Assembly: GCA_964600665.1 (NCBI GenBank)
Contig: CAZRKC010000003.1
Span: 24,209 to 88,208 of the forward strand
Source of the DNA: an uncultured Candidatus Sumerlaeota bacterium
Lineage (GTDB): Bacteria > Bacillota > SLNR01
Length of the DNA: 64,000 nt
Direction: 5' to 3'
A program made the position numbers and the translations under genes. Shown here in pieces: positions 62,960 through 64,000 of the stretch (positions within the stretch are counted from its first letter, which is position 1; every line of letters begins with the position of its first letter). Below the pieces are notes generated by a model. It saw only the letters and a program-made list of their open reading frames with translations, was not told the origin of the DNA and searched no databases.

Positions 62960-63946
62960 ATGAAAGAAGCGATGTTTTACAGCCATCAGACTGATGGGCG
63001 GATCCAATGTCACCTCTGCCCCCACGGGTGTCAGATAAAACCCGGAGGACGGGGAATTTGCCGTGTGCGCGTCCATCAGAACGGCCGTTTGGAAACGACC
63101 AACTTTGCTCAGGTTTCGGCTTGTGCCTTAGACCCCGTGGAGAAGAAACCATTGTACCATTTCCATCCGGGAAAGACCATTTATTCACTGGGGACATTTG
63201 GATGTAACTTATCCTGTCAATTCTGTCAAAACTGGGGAATATCCCAGGGAGATCCCCCGGTTAGAACGTTGCTGCCTCCGGATGCTGTTGCGACAGCTCA
63301 ATTGCATGCCCGTGATGGTGACTGCATTGGATTGGCCTACACCTATTCTGAACCGGTGGTGTGGTACGAATATGTGCTGGAAACGGCCAAATTGGCACGG
63401 GAGGCGGGGCTTAAGAATGTGATGGTGACCAACGGCATGATTCAACCAGAACCCTTAGGCATGCTTTTACCGTGGCTGGATGCCATGAACATCGACTTGA
63501 AGGCATTCTCATCTGATTTCTACCGAGAGATCTGTGGCGGGTATATAGAACCGGTAAAGGATGCAATCCGACTGGCAGCTGCATCCTGTCACCTTGAACT
63601 GACAGTCTTGCTGATCCCTGGATTAAACGATGGCGATGCCGAGATTCGGGCGTTATCTTCATGGGTAGCTGAAATCGATCCATTGATTCCTGTCCATTTT
63701 TCCCGATATTTCCCGCAGTACAAGATGACGCGGCCGCCGACATCCATCGCGACCTTGCAGAAAGCTAGGGATATTGCCAAAGAGGTATTGTCCTTCGTCT
63801 ATGTGGGGAATGTTCCGCAGATGGCTGAAAGCAATACCATCTGTCCTCGGTGCGGCCACTTATTGGTCCGCCGGGACCGGGGATTCGTGGAATTGGGACT
63901 GGCCGCTGACGGGACATGCCCCCAATGCGGGTATGATGGATTATAA
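62960..63946 (+). CDS. AmmeMemoRadiSam-system radical SAM enzyme (PFL-activase-like)
   Basis: N-terminal Cys-rich CHLCPHGC...GICRVR, radical SAM CNLSCQFCQNW, C-terminal CPRCG...CPQCG. ATG 62960 follows GAGGAG. Confidence 0.8.
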   Translation: MKEAMFYSHQTDGRIQCHLCPHGCQIKPGGRGICRVRVHQNGRLETTNFAQVSACALDPVEKKPLYHFHPGKTIYSLGTFGCNLSCQFCQNWGISQGDPPVRTLLPPDAVATAQLHARDGDCIGLAYTYSEPVVWYEYVLETAKLAREAGLKNVMVTNGMIQPEPLGMLLPWLDAMNIDLKAFSSDFYREICGGYIEPVKDAIRLAAASCHLELTVLLIPGLNDGDAEIRALSSWVAEIDPLIPVHFSRYFPQYKMTRPPTSIATLQKARDIAKEVLSFVYVGNVPQMAESNTICPRCGHLLVRRDRGFVELGLAADGTCPQCGYDGL

Positions 63947-64000
63947 AAGCAATTTCCGAATTCTGGAGGGTTTAACACTTAATTGCCGAATACTCTTCAA

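Overview
This 64-kb window comes from a Firmicutes-type chromosome. It looks Clostridia-like, judged from gene order, GGAGG ribosome-binding sites, frequent GTG/TTG starts and two tuf copies; the taxon call is low confidence. About 37 kb (20.7-58.4 kb) is the ribosomal/transcription super-cluster on the + strand. It runs tRNA-Tyr, tRNA-Thr, tuf(1), rpmG, secE, nusG, rplKAJL, rpoBC, an L7Ae-like gene, rpsLG, fusA, tuf(2). It continues with the S10-spc-alpha genes (rpsJ to rplQ, including secY, adk, map, infA, rpmJ, rpoA), then ecfA1A2T, truA, rplM and rpsI. The left arm (1-20.7 kb) is accessory metabolism. It holds a MocR regulator with a divergent aminotransferase, two GNATs, an MtaD-like deaminase and a GH1 beta-glucosidase. 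It also holds an unusual tandem-duplicated GntR/FadR regulator, a four-subunit 2-oxoacid:ferredoxin oxidoreductase, a signal-peptide-less gamma-glutamyltransferase, an LctP-family permease with a coupled micro-ORF, a nitroreductase and a flavodoxin-ferredoxin fusion. The right end (58.4-64 kb) is the most interesting part. It is a tightly packed five-gene operon joining a D-aminoacylase-family amidohydrolase, OrtA/OrtB (2-amino-4-oxopentanoate thiolase) and an AmmeMemoRadiSam pair (a LigB/Memo-like-AMMECR1 fusion plus a radical SAM enzyme). I found no CRISPR array, IS element, prophage or recognisable defence system. All functional calls come from reading motifs in the supplied translations; no database search was possible. 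Several ORF-track starts were moved to RBS-supported internal starts, and three sub-60-aa genes (rpmG, rpmJ, a permease-coupled micro-ORF) were added by hand.
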